Shown here: piece by piece, positions 8,362-17,600 of the stretch | Numbering within the stretch: the first letter of the stretch is position 1 | How the letters are laid out: every line of letters begins with the position of its first letter | NCBI GenBank assembly: GCA_013287775.1 | Contig: JABDDE010000004.1 | Location: forward strand, 2,232 to 66,231 | Length of the DNA: 64,000 bases | Source of the DNA: Chlamydiota bacterium | GTDB lineage: Bacteria; Chlamydiota; Chlamydiia; Chlamydiales; FEN-1388 | Direction of reading: 5' to 3' | The notes under the pieces: model-generated | What the model saw: only the letters and a program-made list of their open reading frames with translations | Told to the model about the DNA's origin: nothing | Databases searched by the model: none | Made by a program: the position numbers and the translations under genes

Positions 8362-9333
8362 TTATGAGGATGTGAACACACCCATCCCTCTAAACTTCGT
8401 GTACCGCTGCTCAAGCAACACTTCGGGCGAAAGATTACTAAATAGAGAACACTTCTCAACAATAAACTGCTTGACTTGCTTGTACATGGCCTGAGGATCA
8501 TGATGCGCGCCGCCAAGTGGTTCTGGAATGATTTCATCGATGATACCGAGTTTTAAAAGGTCTTCAGCATTAAGCTTGAGCGCAGCAGCAGCAAGCTCTT
8601 TCTTGTTGGCATCTTTCCATAAAATACTCGAGCACCCTTCTGGGCTGATAACCGAGTAATATGCATGCTGCAACATCACAATCACATCGCCAACACCTAT
8701 GCCTAAGGCACCACCAGAACAGCCTTCACCAATAACCAGAACGATAATCGGGGTTTTAAGACATGCCATCTCACGCAAATTAGTAGCAATAGCAATGCCC
8801 TGCCCTCTCTCTTCAGCTTCCAAGCCCGCATAGGCACCTTGCGTATCCAGCAAGGTAACCACAGGAAGAGAAAACTTTTCGGCAAGCTTCATGAGGCGCA
8901 GCGCTTTTCGAAAACCCTCCGGATTCACACAGCCAAAATTACGAAACACACGACTTTCGGTATCATGTCCCTTTTCTTGACCTATAATCATGCACTTATG
9001 CCCACCAATGGTCGCAAAGCCCCCTACAATGGAATGATCGTCGCTATAGGTTCGATCACCATGCAGCTCTATAAATTCTTCTGCAATGTGCGATATATAA
9101 TGAATCGTATGCGGCCGCTCAGGATGCCGGCAGATGAGCACACGCTCCCAGGGTGTCAATTCTTTATAAACTTTTTCTTTTAATTTATCAAGTTTATTCT
9201 CGAGTTTTCGGATTTCAGCCGTGAACATCGGGTTATCTTGATTATGTTTCTTCAGATGTTCTATGGTGCTCAGGTATTCACAAATCTGCTTCTCATGCGG
9301 CAGGAAAAAATTTTTCTTTTCTTTTGTTGTCAT
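8362..9333 (-). CDS. accA: Acetyl-CoA carboxylase carboxyltransferase subunit alpha
   Basis: [48 protein letters not shown]. Confidence 0.9.
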   Translation of the reverse strand: MTTKEKKNFFLPHEKQICEYLSTIEHLKKHNQDNPMFTAEIRKLENKLDKLKEKVYKELTPWERVLICRHPERPHTIHYISHIAEEFIELHGDRTYSDDHSIVGGFATIGGHKCMIIGQEKGHDTESRVFRNFGCVNPEGFRKALRLMKLAEKFSLPVVTLLDTQGAYAGLEAEERGQGIAIATNLREMACLKTPIIVLVIGEGCSGGALGIGVGDVIVMLQHAYYSVISPEGCSSILWKDANKKELAAAALKLNAEDLLKLGIIDEIIPEPLGGAHHDPQAMYKQVKQFIVEKCSLFSNLSPEVLLEQRYTKFRGMGVFTSS

Positions 9334-10406
9334 TGTTTACCTATTATCTGTGGAGCTGCCGAAAAGGGCAGAGCAGGAAAGGGTAATTCAAGCTCTTGAA
9401 TATCACGGACAATACTTACCGTCGCCTCACGTGTGGTAATAATCGAATAAAGCTCCTCAACATCTTGCTGTGGCAGCCGCACGCAGCCATCACTTTCATG
9501 CTTCGCGATACCTAAAAAGCTCGAGACAAGCTGTCCAGTTTTTTCATCATTCACCCAGGGCGTGCCATGAATCCCAAACCCTTTTGCAGGCTCTGTGCAG
9601 CGCCCAATCTCTCGTTCAAAGGGGATCCACCTCGTGCCAAATACACGAATAAGTTCCACTCGTTTGCCACGATGCATCCCCATCATCTTTGGGGTAAAGG
9701 CTGCAACGCGACTACCAAGCTTGTATGTACCAAGTGGCGTTAAAGCCCCAGACTCCTTTGTAGGATCTAAACGTCCCAAGCCCACACGATATGTTTTTAC
9801 CAAAAAGCACTTTTTTTCTTTGGGATCCACGATATAGAGCCATAATTTGCAACGGTGCAGATCTAACCCCATGAAAAATGAAAACTCCTTTTCTGGATGC
9901 AACACCTGAAACTCAGTGCCCTCTGTCACTGGCTGTATAGCATAATCAGGCCGGCCACCATTGAGGCTTCGCGCTATAAAATCAAGCGTTGTATGGTAAT
10001 GCGATGCATAATCAACAAGCCAGGCCACCTTCCCAGGCTTCCAGGGCGCTTTTGTACGGTAGCGAACAGTCGTCACATAAGGCAGAGGTGAATTTTTTTG
10101 AAAAAGAAGCGCTGTATTATCCACATCTTCAAAAAGCTCTGTAGGCGTTTGAAGAGTAGCTTGAGTAGATTTTGGCTCAGCTGTTTGCTGCGTCGAGGCT
10201 ATCTTTTGCGGCTGAAAAGACTCCAAATTCACTTCAATGGGCTTACCGTCAAATACAGGTGCACGTGCAACTACAGGTGTGGCTGCAACGCTTGCTACCT
10301 GTGGAGATCTTGCAGCTTTTGCCGGCTTTTTCTTATACAGCGAGAGAGCTGCTATAGTGCCAAACAATAGAATCGTTATAATAATAAAAACGCGTGATAT
10401 TGACAT
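9330..10406 (-). CDS. L,D-transpeptidase (YkuD-domain) protein with an N-terminal membrane anchor
   Basis: GIHGTP....HESDGCVRL catalytic motif. N-terminal TM segment [20 protein letters not shown] overlap with accA. Confidence 0.7.
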   Translation of the reverse strand: MSISRVFIIITILLFGTIAALSLYKKKPAKAARSPQVASVAATPVVARAPVFDGKPIEVNLESFQPQKIASTQQTAEPKSTQATLQTPTELFEDVDNTALLFQKNSPLPYVTTVRYRTKAPWKPGKVAWLVDYASHYHTTLDFIARSLNGGRPDYAIQPVTEGTEFQVLHPEKEFSFFMGLDLHRCKLWLYIVDPKEKKCFLVKTYRVGLGRLDPTKESGALTPLGTYKLGSRVAAFTPKMMGMHRGKRVELIRVFGTRWIPFEREIGRCTEPAKGFGIHGTPWVNDEKTGQLVSSFLGIAKHESDGCVRLPQQDVEELYSIITTREATVSIVRDIQELELPFPALPFSAAPQIIGKQ

Positions 10407-10416
10407 GAATAAATGT

Positions 10417-10728
10417 TTATTTCCCTATTTTTACGTTACTCAAAGAGAAACGCAGTTTCTTTCCTGCATTAAATTTTACCACAGCTCGCTCAGGAATGAC
10501 AATAGGAATTGCAGCTTTTAGAGGATTTCGTCCAATTTTACTTTTGCGCACAACTACTTCAAAAATACCAAAATCGCGCAGCTCTAATCGATCACCTTGG
10601 GATAAACACTCAGTGATCTTATCTAAAAATTCTTGAATTACATGACCTACATCATGCAGATGTATCCCTCTTTCCTCTGAAATACGTTGAATTAAGTGCT
10701 TTTTCGTGATCGTGCGTCTTTTTTCCAT
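10417..10728 (-). CDS. HU/IHF-family DNA-binding protein
   Basis: ITKKHLIQRISE...GDRLELRDFGIFEVVVRKSKIGRNPLKAAIPIVIPERAVVKFNAGKKL. Alternative ATG at 10761. Confidence 0.8.
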   Translation of the reverse strand: MEKRRTITKKHLIQRISEERGIHLHDVGHVIQEFLDKITECLSQGDRLELRDFGIFEVVVRKSKIGRNPLKAAIPIVIPERAVVKFNAGKKLRFSLSNVKIGK

Positions 10729-10797
10729 ACTTACTCTCCTTCTGGTGGCAATTATTGTCATCTTTCATTTCATTTTCGATCAAGCAAAATAACGCCA

Positions 10798-10830
10798 ATG
10801 TACAAATTTTCCGTCAGGAAAATTGCATAT
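10798..10830. repeat. H-family hairpin repeat (diverged)
   Basis: ATGTACAAATTTTCC-GTCA-GGAAAATTGCATAT, in the divergent ihf/hemH intergenic region. Confidence 0.6.
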
Positions 10831-10857
10831 AATTTATGGGGGTAGTAGAATGGTGGT

Positions 10858-11841
10858 ATGAAAACAGGCGTACTCCTGGTCAACTTAGGTAGCCCCGCCT
10901 CATATTCGTCTCATGACGTAAAAAAATACCTCAAGGAATTTCTTCTTGACCCACGTGTCTTAGATCTTCCCTTTATTCTCCGTGAATGGCTTGTTAGGTT
11001 TAAGATAATTCCAAATAGATACAAACAAACAATTGAGCAGTATAAGCGCATCTGGTTGGAGACAGGATCCCCTCTTATTCATACAAGTCAGGAAGTGCAA
11101 ATAGCCTTGCAGCATGCTCTTGGAGATGATTTTATAGTTGCTATGGCCATGCGCTATCAGCCATATGGCGAAGTCTTTTCCATTGAGGCAGGACTTGCCT
11201 TCCTGCAACAGGCACATGTGGCTAAGATTGTCGTGCTGCCCTTATTCCCTCAATATGCCTCTGCGACCTCAGGATCTATCCTTGAGCAGGTCTACTCTTG
11301 TGTCATGCACTCGTACGCCATTCCCCACTTGCATACTATCAGCCACTTTCATAGGCATCCTGCATTTATTGAGGCATGGACTGTACGTGGCAATCAGTAC
11401 CCTCTTTCTGACTATGATCATATCCTATTTAGCTTCCACGGACTCCCTGAAAGACACCTTGCAAAAATAGAAAATGAAACCCTGTGCTATCGCACGCAAT
11501 GCATGCAAACGGCTGAGGCAATAGCCGATGCTTTGAAAATACCTCCTCATAAATATACGATCACCTTTCAGTCTCGCTTAGGAAAAGAGCCATGGCTTGG
11601 GCCTTCCACTCCCGATGTCACCCTAAAGCTTGCCGGACGCGGAGTAAAAAAAATACTTGTCTTCTCCCCCTCTTTTGTTGCTGATTGTCTAGAAACCTTG
11701 TACGAAATTGGCATTGAATTAGAAGAGCAATTTATAAACGCTCGTGGAGAGCGGCTAGAGCTCGTACGCTCGCTCAACAGTCATCCTCAATGGATACAAG
11801 CCCTCAAAAACATTATTATAAACTATGATCAATTGGTTTAA
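10858..11841 (+). CDS. hemH: Ferrochelatase
   Basis: GVLLVNLGSP, YLKEFLLDPRV, PLFPQYASATSGS, FSFHGLPERH. Confidence 0.9.
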   Translation: MKTGVLLVNLGSPASYSSHDVKKYLKEFLLDPRVLDLPFILREWLVRFKIIPNRYKQTIEQYKRIWLETGSPLIHTSQEVQIALQHALGDDFIVAMAMRYQPYGEVFSIEAGLAFLQQAHVAKIVVLPLFPQYASATSGSILEQVYSCVMHSYAIPHLHTISHFHRHPAFIEAWTVRGNQYPLSDYDHILFSFHGLPERHLAKIENETLCYRTQCMQTAEAIADALKIPPHKYTITFQSRLGKEPWLGPSTPDVTLKLAGRGVKKILVFSPSFVADCLETLYEIGIELEEQFINARGERLELVRSLNSHPQWIQALKNIIINYDQLV

Positions 11842-12331
11842 AAAAGAATTTCTTCGGATGCTTCCGATTTTTATTTTTTTCTTGATTATTTTCAGCCTTG
11901 CAGATCTCACAAGACTTGTCATGGCCAAAAATCGTGAGAGCGCCTCCTCTAGTTTTGCGGTGATTCTCATGGGAGCTTTGATAATGGGCAAAGTCGTGCT
12001 CCTCTCCGAGCGCCTCCCTTTTATCAATCTTTTTGGGACTAAGCCTCTTATCTACAATACGATATGGAAAACGATGATCTATCTCCTCTGCTCCCTTGTA
12101 ATTCGGCTTGTAGAGCGTATGGTCTCTTTTTGCGTAGAAAGTGCAAATCCTGCTGAGCTTTATGCAAAAATGTCCCAAGATGTGGAGAAAATGCCTTTTT
12201 GGCTGAGTCAAGCATGGCTTTTTGTGCTGCTCCTTATCTTTGTCGCCTATCAGGAGCTCGTCTATGCTGTCGGCATCGATAAAGTGAGGAAGATGTTTTT
12301 TGGTGGTTATTCACCGCCCCCGCCCCCCTAA
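11825..12331 (+). CDS. Hypothetical integral membrane protein
   Basis: It has several hydrophobic segments and overlaps hemH by 17 nt. The antisense ORFs are basic and low-complexity. Confidence 0.45.
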   Translation: MINWFKKEFLRMLPIFIFFLIIFSLADLTRLVMAKNRESASSSFAVILMGALIMGKVVLLSERLPFINLFGTKPLIYNTIWKTMIYLLCSLVIRLVERMVSFCVESANPAELYAKMSQDVEKMPFWLSQAWLFVLLLIFVAYQELVYAVGIDKVRKMFFGGYSPPPPP

Positions 12332-12347
12332 CGTGGAGAGAATGCCT

Positions 12348-13646
12348 CTACACCTCGTCTCGATAAATTTTCTCACGGTATTCTGCCATAAGCTGCACCA
12401 TGTAATGTATGTTATGGATCGTGGCAAGTGTGTAAAATGTCAGCTCACCAGCTTTGTAGAGGTGGTGTAGATACGCTCGTGTATACTGCATACATGTAGG
12501 ACAGCTGCACCCTTCTTCAATAGGCGTAAAATCCTTCGCAAATGAGGCCTGCTTAATGCGAACCTCCCCTGTATGGGTCATCAGGTGGCCATGCCGTGCA
12601 GCTTTAGTAGGAAACGAGCTATCAAAGGTATCAATACCCTCTGGAATAGCGCCAGCAAGGCATACTTGATCTCCAATCCCTAAAAGATGCAGAGGATACT
12701 GCTCAGGAATAAAGGGCCTGATATCATGAAGCAGCACAAACATCTCTTGCTTGGTTTTGCCGACACTACCCCCAATAGCAAAGCCGTCAAAAGCAAGCGA
12801 AGATAAGTACTGACAGCTTATTTTACGAAGCTCACTATCAAGCCCTCCATGAATCACCCCATACATGGCTTGATTTTGCGGAGATTTCAGGTGCGCCTCA
12901 AGTGACCTTGTCTCCCATCGATGGGTACGATCAAGTGACGCTCTTAAATCTGCCTTTTCAATATGATATGGAGGCAGTTCATCAAACGGTATAATAATAT
13001 CTGCACCAAAATCCTTCTGTGCCTCAACGGAGCTCTCAGGTGTAAGAAAAATTTTTGAACCATCGCGATAGGAGCGAAAGAGCACCCCTTCTTCTGTTAT
13101 TTTTACGACCGTATTATTAAGCTTCTTCTGCCCTCGGCTCTTGAGCTCATCTGCCACAGACCCATACGCCAGGCTAAACACCTGAAAGCCACCCGAATCG
13201 GTGATAATGGGGTTCTTCCTGTGCATAAAGCGATGCAGCCCACCGGCCGCTTTGATAACCTCTCTTCCTGGCTGTACAATGAGGTGGTAGGTGTTGCAAA
13301 ACATCAGCTGCACACCCAAGGCATCGCAGGTGGCGCTATCGACAGCTTTTATGGTGCTATTTGTCCCCACAGCAACAAAATGTGGTGTATCAATGATACC
13401 ATGCGGTGTATGAATTCTTCCAACTCGCGCCTTGGACTTTTTTGAGGTATGTAAGATCTCAAACTTGAAAGAACCACTTGCATAACTCGCTTTGGTGCCA
13501 AAATTCGATGATTTTGGCGATGGGGAAGATCCGCCGCAAATTGACATACTCCCATCGAGTAGGCGATTTGCGGAGGATCTTGACCAACGACAAAAGCACG
13601 GATTTTGGCCCAAATCGGAGTTATGCAAGTGGTTCGATAGGTTCAT
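12348..13646 (-). CDS. tgt: tRNA-guanine transglycosylase (queuine tRNA-ribosyltransferase)
   Basis: ARVGRIHTPHGIIDTPHFVAVGT, DSGGFQV, GGLDSELR, CSCPTC. The start is uncertain; there is an alternative ATG at 13547. Confidence 0.9.
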   Translation of the reverse strand: MNLSNHLHNSDLGQNPCFCRWSRSSANRLLDGSMSICGGSSPSPKSSNFGTKASYASGSFKFEILHTSKKSKARVGRIHTPHGIIDTPHFVAVGTNSTIKAVDSATCDALGVQLMFCNTYHLIVQPGREVIKAAGGLHRFMHRKNPIITDSGGFQVFSLAYGSVADELKSRGQKKLNNTVVKITEEGVLFRSYRDGSKIFLTPESSVEAQKDFGADIIIPFDELPPYHIEKADLRASLDRTHRWETRSLEAHLKSPQNQAMYGVIHGGLDSELRKISCQYLSSLAFDGFAIGGSVGKTKQEMFVLLHDIRPFIPEQYPLHLLGIGDQVCLAGAIPEGIDTFDSSFPTKAARHGHLMTHTGEVRIKQASFAKDFTPIEEGCSCPTCMQYTRAYLHHLYKAGELTFYTLATIHNIHYMVQLMAEYREKIYRDEV

Positions 13647-14286
13647 TTTTTAAGAGAGGTAAGAAAAAGGCGTACAGGCAAGTAATGCCCAACTTAATTG
13701 TGTAACTGATGATAATAATATCCCAAAGGGCATGGACCGTCCCATAGAGGCCAAGATAGGAAAAGAGGACTGTATCCATAAACTGCACTATCGCCCCTAT
13801 CACACAGGCTCGTATAGGAAGAGGAATACGCCTAAGCTGTATAAAGAGGCGAAATAGCCAAATTTCTACGCTTTGGGTGAGAAGATATGATACACAGGAC
13901 GCAAAGCACAGGCGCGGCGCTGTCTGCAAGCAAGCGGCATAATGCATGTGCGAGCTATCATGAGGCGAGGGAGTGTATAAAAGATGAAAATAACTTGCCC
14001 CCATACCGAAAAAGAGAAGGAGAAAACTTATCCACACAGTGCGCTTGACAAGCTGCGCTCCCCAATACTGCTGCAGCACAAAACAGCCAAACATGGCGCC
14101 TATAGTGTAGACGTCACTTGCAGTGACTTCGTATCCAAAAAGCACTATCTCTTTATGGACAAAAAAATTGGCAAAGAGCCCACAGCATACTACGAAGGCT
14201 ATCAGAGCCTCTTTCCCCAATCGGAGCACGACAAAAAGAGTGCTCAGCACGAGGGCTGAGTGGATCAAAAAAATATAGGCGTTCAT
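13621..14286 (-). CDS. YhhQ/VUT-family queuosine-precursor transporter-like membrane protein
   Basis: Polytopic membrane protein. The C-terminal half (ASCVSYLLTQSVEIWLFRLF...IVQFMDTVLFSYLGLYG...IIISYTIKLGITCLYAFFLP) aligns by eye with E. coli YhhQ. It lies adjacent to tgt. Confidence 0.6.
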   Translation of the reverse strand: MNAYIFLIHSALVLSTLFVVLRLGKEALIAFVVCCGLFANFFVHKEIVLFGYEVTASDVYTIGAMFGCFVLQQYWGAQLVKRTVWISFLLLFFGMGASYFHLLYTPSPHDSSHMHYAACLQTAPRLCFASCVSYLLTQSVEIWLFRLFIQLRRIPLPIRACVIGAIVQFMDTVLFSYLGLYGTVHALWDIIIISYTIKLGITCLYAFFLPLLKNEPIEPLA

Positions 14287-14305
14287 ACTGTGGGGTGATG
14301 TAGTG

Positions 14306-14345
14306 TGTCATGTGCAATTTTCCTACGGAAAAATTGCACATGACA
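14306..14345. repeat. H-family hairpin repeat
   Basis: TGTCATGTGCAATTTTCC-TAC-GGAAAAATTGCACATGACA. Confidence 0.85.
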
Positions 14346-14376
14346 AAAATAAATAGTATAACACACAGGGCGTGTT

Positions 14377-16725
14377 TCACGCAACGGATGAACGCCGTAC
14401 TGCCCCTCTATCAACAACAATACCACGCTCACGCAGTCGCTGGACAGCGCCAGAAGTAATCTGATCGCAACCGGTAAGATTGACACTTTGAATTGGAAGC
14501 CGTAAGAGGGTATCGATGCAAGCATCAGTCAGATCAGAATGACCGGAGAGATTCAATTCTTGTAACTCAGTCAAGGGTAAAAGATGTTGCAAGTCATTAT
14601 CCCTTAAGCCGCCCCCCACCGCCCCCTGATCTAGCAAGCAGGAAGAGCAGAAAGATAAGCGCTGCAGCTGTGTAAAACGAGCTATATCTTGCATAATCAC
14701 ACTTGAGAAACCAGGCTCTCGAGAAAAATCTGAATTCAAGATTAAATTCAATTCCTGCATCCGCTCAGGTTGTGTTATCGACGATAAACAAGGATCCATT
14801 GCTCCAACGGGAAGAGACAGCCGAGTAAGCTGTGGAAGACAGTTGACACCCGCGGCCATGGCTGATGGACTTATATTGAGCGAGCGAAAGTTCTCAAAAG
14901 CCGTGAGCGCAGGGCACGCTCTACATAATGCAATAAATTGATCCTGAGGTAGCGGTACCGCACGATGCAGGTTGAGTGTCGACAACTGGCTTAAACTTGG
15001 TTTGACAGTCCCCTCTATAAATCCTTGTAACTCAGTATTATTTATTACTCCCTCTTTAGTCCTGAATAATGATCGAAGAGAGGTAGCATTTCGTATTCTT
15101 GTCAGATTATAGATAACCAGAGGATCGCGTAAAAGACGGCCAACAAGGGCCTCTCGAGCAGTAGTTTGTGCAAACATACTTTGAATAATCGAACGAAGAA
15201 ATTGCTGTAGCCCAGCTTCATTTACTACTCCATCTGTTGTGAATAATTCTCTGAGAAAAGCATCATTTCTCATGCTCTCATACGAAATCTCAGGCGCGCC
15301 ATGTTTTGCTAAAAATGCATTCACTATTTTTGCGCTGTCACCTGTCGTCAGTAGTTGCCGCAGCATTTCCTGCCCCGTTTCTATGTCTACCTGAGATAAA
15401 GATGAGCGTATATAGTCTTCGATATGACTACAGTCTGGCGTCATTCGCAGTGTATCCAAGTGATGGTCATATATATTCTGGATGCATTCTTGCAGGGCCA
15501 TGTTATTTGTAGTTCCAAATATTTCTCGAATCAGGGGATGCTGCCTCATTTCCTCTATAGTAAAATGAGATTCTCGTAGGATACGATTTGCCATAATTGC
15601 ATTTCCACCGGGCTGCCTCATCATTGTCTGAAAAATAGTCATACGTTGCTCTTGAGGGCAGGCCTTTACAAAACGTATAACTCCATCGGTATACTCAGCG
15701 ATGTGATGTACGCCCTTAATACAAGAAGTAACATGAATGGAGCGCAACCAATGTCCTGCATTCAAGGAAAGAGTTCCCTTCAATACATTAAGCTGCTCTG
15801 TGCTGATACCACTCAAGCTTGCTCGGAACTCTGTAAGCCCGTCGTGGCCACCAAGTAGTATCGTGCCATACAGCATCCCTAAATGTATCTGTGGGTTTGG
15901 ATGACTCGCGATCCCCAACAAAATCTGATAGATATAGTCATCTATCTGTGCTTTACCCATTTCAGGGAATATTCCTTGAAGGTAGTGCACCATCCCTGAA
16001 ACCCCTCTACCTTCAGAATAAAGCTGATTTACAAGATGAGTATTCATTTCCGGGTTTGTGATACGTGCTAGAAACCGAGCTTTTCGCTCCTCTAGCGGCA
16101 GTGACTGAATCGATTCTGCCACGCTTCGCAACGTGTTAGGTGTCGTATATTGAGCCACGATTGATACTGCATCGCGAGGCAAATACTGCGCTAGAAGTGT
16201 TTCAGGAGTTTCAATTCTTGCTCGCTGTGTATGATGACCTGCATCAGCTTCTTCGTCAAACACTTCCTGCCCCCTTCTCCTTCTACCAAGTACTGTGGGT
16301 CCAAGTACTGTGGGTATGGTAGTCAGGGATTGCGAGGAAGAAGATGATGACGATGAAGAGAAAGCTGGTGTCGATGACATTGATGAGGCTAGAGGAAATA
16401 AGATTTGTTTAACAGCTTGAATACACTGAGCATCAGAGCGTCTTATAGTGAAACTTGGCGAAATAGTGACATTTTGCACTACTGCTTGCTCTAAATTATA
16501 TATATTAAAATCAGAAGTGCTTTCGTTTCTCGGCTCTCTCATAACATCCATCACACGTGCCGCTACGGCTTCTTGATCGGTTACTGGATGAGAGCCTGAT
16601 TGGTCGAGTGGCACACACCTCAGCTGATTACCTTCCACAAAAAGCCGACTAGAGCCTCTATTGTGAACGTAATAATTAATTGCGGCAAATCCCGTCAATG
16701 CTTGAGATTCTGTAGGTTGCGTCAT
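14377..16725 (-). CDS. Eukaryote-like putative effector: poly-Ser tract, basic patch, F-box-like motif and C-terminal Cys-containing LRRs
   Basis: It is a paralog of 33551-35845. The C-terminus DLQHLLPLTELQELNLSGHSDLTDACIDTLLRLPIQSVNLTGCDQITSGAV is FBXL/RNI-type LRR. LPRDAVSIVAQY is an F-box-like motif preceded by RRRRG. Confidence 0.7.
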   Translation of the reverse strand: MTQPTESQALTGFAAINYYVHNRGSSRLFVEGNQLRCVPLDQSGSHPVTDQEAVAARVMDVMREPRNESTSDFNIYNLEQAVVQNVTISPSFTIRRSDAQCIQAVKQILFPLASSMSSTPAFSSSSSSSSSQSLTTIPTVLGPTVLGRRRRGQEVFDEEADAGHHTQRARIETPETLLAQYLPRDAVSIVAQYTTPNTLRSVAESIQSLPLEERKARFLARITNPEMNTHLVNQLYSEGRGVSGMVHYLQGIFPEMGKAQIDDYIYQILLGIASHPNPQIHLGMLYGTILLGGHDGLTEFRASLSGISTEQLNVLKGTLSLNAGHWLRSIHVTSCIKGVHHIAEYTDGVIRFVKACPQEQRMTIFQTMMRQPGGNAIMANRILRESHFTIEEMRQHPLIREIFGTTNNMALQECIQNIYDHHLDTLRMTPDCSHIEDYIRSSLSQVDIETGQEMLRQLLTTGDSAKIVNAFLAKHGAPEISYESMRNDAFLRELFTTDGVVNEAGLQQFLRSIIQSMFAQTTAREALVGRLLRDPLVIYNLTRIRNATSLRSLFRTKEGVINNTELQGFIEGTVKPSLSQLSTLNLHRAVPLPQDQFIALCRACPALTAFENFRSLNISPSAMAAGVNCLPQLTRLSLPVGAMDPCLSSITQPERMQELNLILNSDFSREPGFSSVIMQDIARFTQLQRLSFCSSCLLDQGAVGGGLRDNDLQHLLPLTELQELNLSGHSDLTDACIDTLLRLPIQSVNLTGCDQITSGAVQRLRERGIVVDRGAVRRSSVA

Positions 16726-16856
16726 AAATTTTTATTCTCATTAATTTGATATTTATTATATTTAATGTTTAATAAAAGATTGTATACGAAATATCACATT
16801 CTTTGCAATTAGTAATTTATTTTTTGCTATACCTAAAGATTCTTAAAGATTGCCTA

Positions 16857-17229
16857 CGGAATTTATTGATTGTTCCCCTAGTCTTCAATGTCGCTCCGCG
16901 GCATGAAGACCGGGGTATTGAATACGGAATTTATTGATTGTTCCCCAGGTTTCAGATGTCGCTTACGCGAACACTGAAACCTGGGTAGTCGGGCACGGGC
17001 ACGGGCACGGGCTCGGGCACGGAAATTCGGAATAATTGGTTGTTCCGTTGGCCTTCGCGGACGCTAACGCGCCGCTCGGCCCGGAATCGGAATAATTGTT
17101 TGTTCCCTCGTTCTTCATGCCGCTCCGCGGTATGAAGAACGAGGGCATTGATCGGAATTTATTGATTGTTCCCCAGGTTTCAGATGTCGCTTACGCGAAC
17201 ACTGAAACCTTAGTAATCGGGCACGGGCC
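16857..17229. repeat. S-family cluster: five copies of a 20-22-bp box, each followed by a hairpin with a variable stem, plus a (GGGCAC)n microsatellite
   Basis: The box CGGAAT(T/A)ATTG(A/G/T)TTGTTCC occurs at 16857, 16925, 17028, 17088 and 17153. The hairpins include GTCTTCA..TGAAGAC, CCAGGTTTCAG..CTGAAACCTGG and CCCTCGTTCTTCAT..ATGAAGAACGAGGG. GGGCAC x5 lies at 16991-17022. Confidence 0.8.
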
Positions 17230-17231
17230 AT

Positions 17232-17596
17232 GCTGTTACCCACAAGTCAAAAGGTGCCCTGAAGCTGCTTTTAGAATGCTATTTTAAGTAGAGAGCTGAC
17301 GCAGGATCTTATGGTATGGACAGTTACAAGCCCTGGCTGCTTTTTTTTACAGGGAGAGCCACTTATAAGACCATAATGATTTCTTAGCTTTCTCTCTACT
17401 CTCCCCACTATCCAGACCTTAATCACCAATGCACCCCAGCACCCCTAACGCCTCTGACAAGCTCTCTCTGTAAGCTATCTCCTGTGGCTCTCCCTGTGAA
17501 AAAAAGTCCTCACAACTTGTAACTGCCAAAACCCTAAGATCCTGCGTCATCTCCGTGCTCTCCTCTAAACTCTCTTTTCTCTTATCGCCAAAGACG
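17232..17596. repeat. C-family long palindromic element, core-deleted copy
   Basis: The arm GACGCAGGATCTTATGGTATGGACAGTTACAAG...ACAGGGAGAGCCAC mirrors GTGGCTCTCCCTGTGAAAAAAAGTCC...CCCTAAGATCCTGCGTC. It shares most sequence with 27131-27706 and 55729-56658. Confidence 0.8.
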
Positions 17597-17600
17597 TTCT

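Noticed and set aside
8329-8379. The hairpins after accA (8329-8379), after phoH (60928-60954) and the H-family copies as canonical Rho-independent terminators.
   Set aside because: In the direction of the upstream gene the stems are followed by A-runs or mixed sequence rather than a U-tract. I therefore list them as hairpin repeats and leave their function open.
14287-14376. A preQ1 riboswitch in the leader of the yhhQ-like/tgt operon.
   Set aside because: The leader is occupied by an H-family hairpin. I could not find the short preQ1-I/II consensus (conserved stem plus an A-rich tail with ..CUA..) by eye. This needs an Infernal scan to be sure.
16857-17229. A CRISPR array, suggested by a conserved about 22-bp box recurring five times.
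   Set aside because: The spacing is irregular (57-103 bp). The 'spacers' are themselves hairpins and two of them are duplicates. The box is shorter than typical CRISPR repeats. No cas genes are present in the window.
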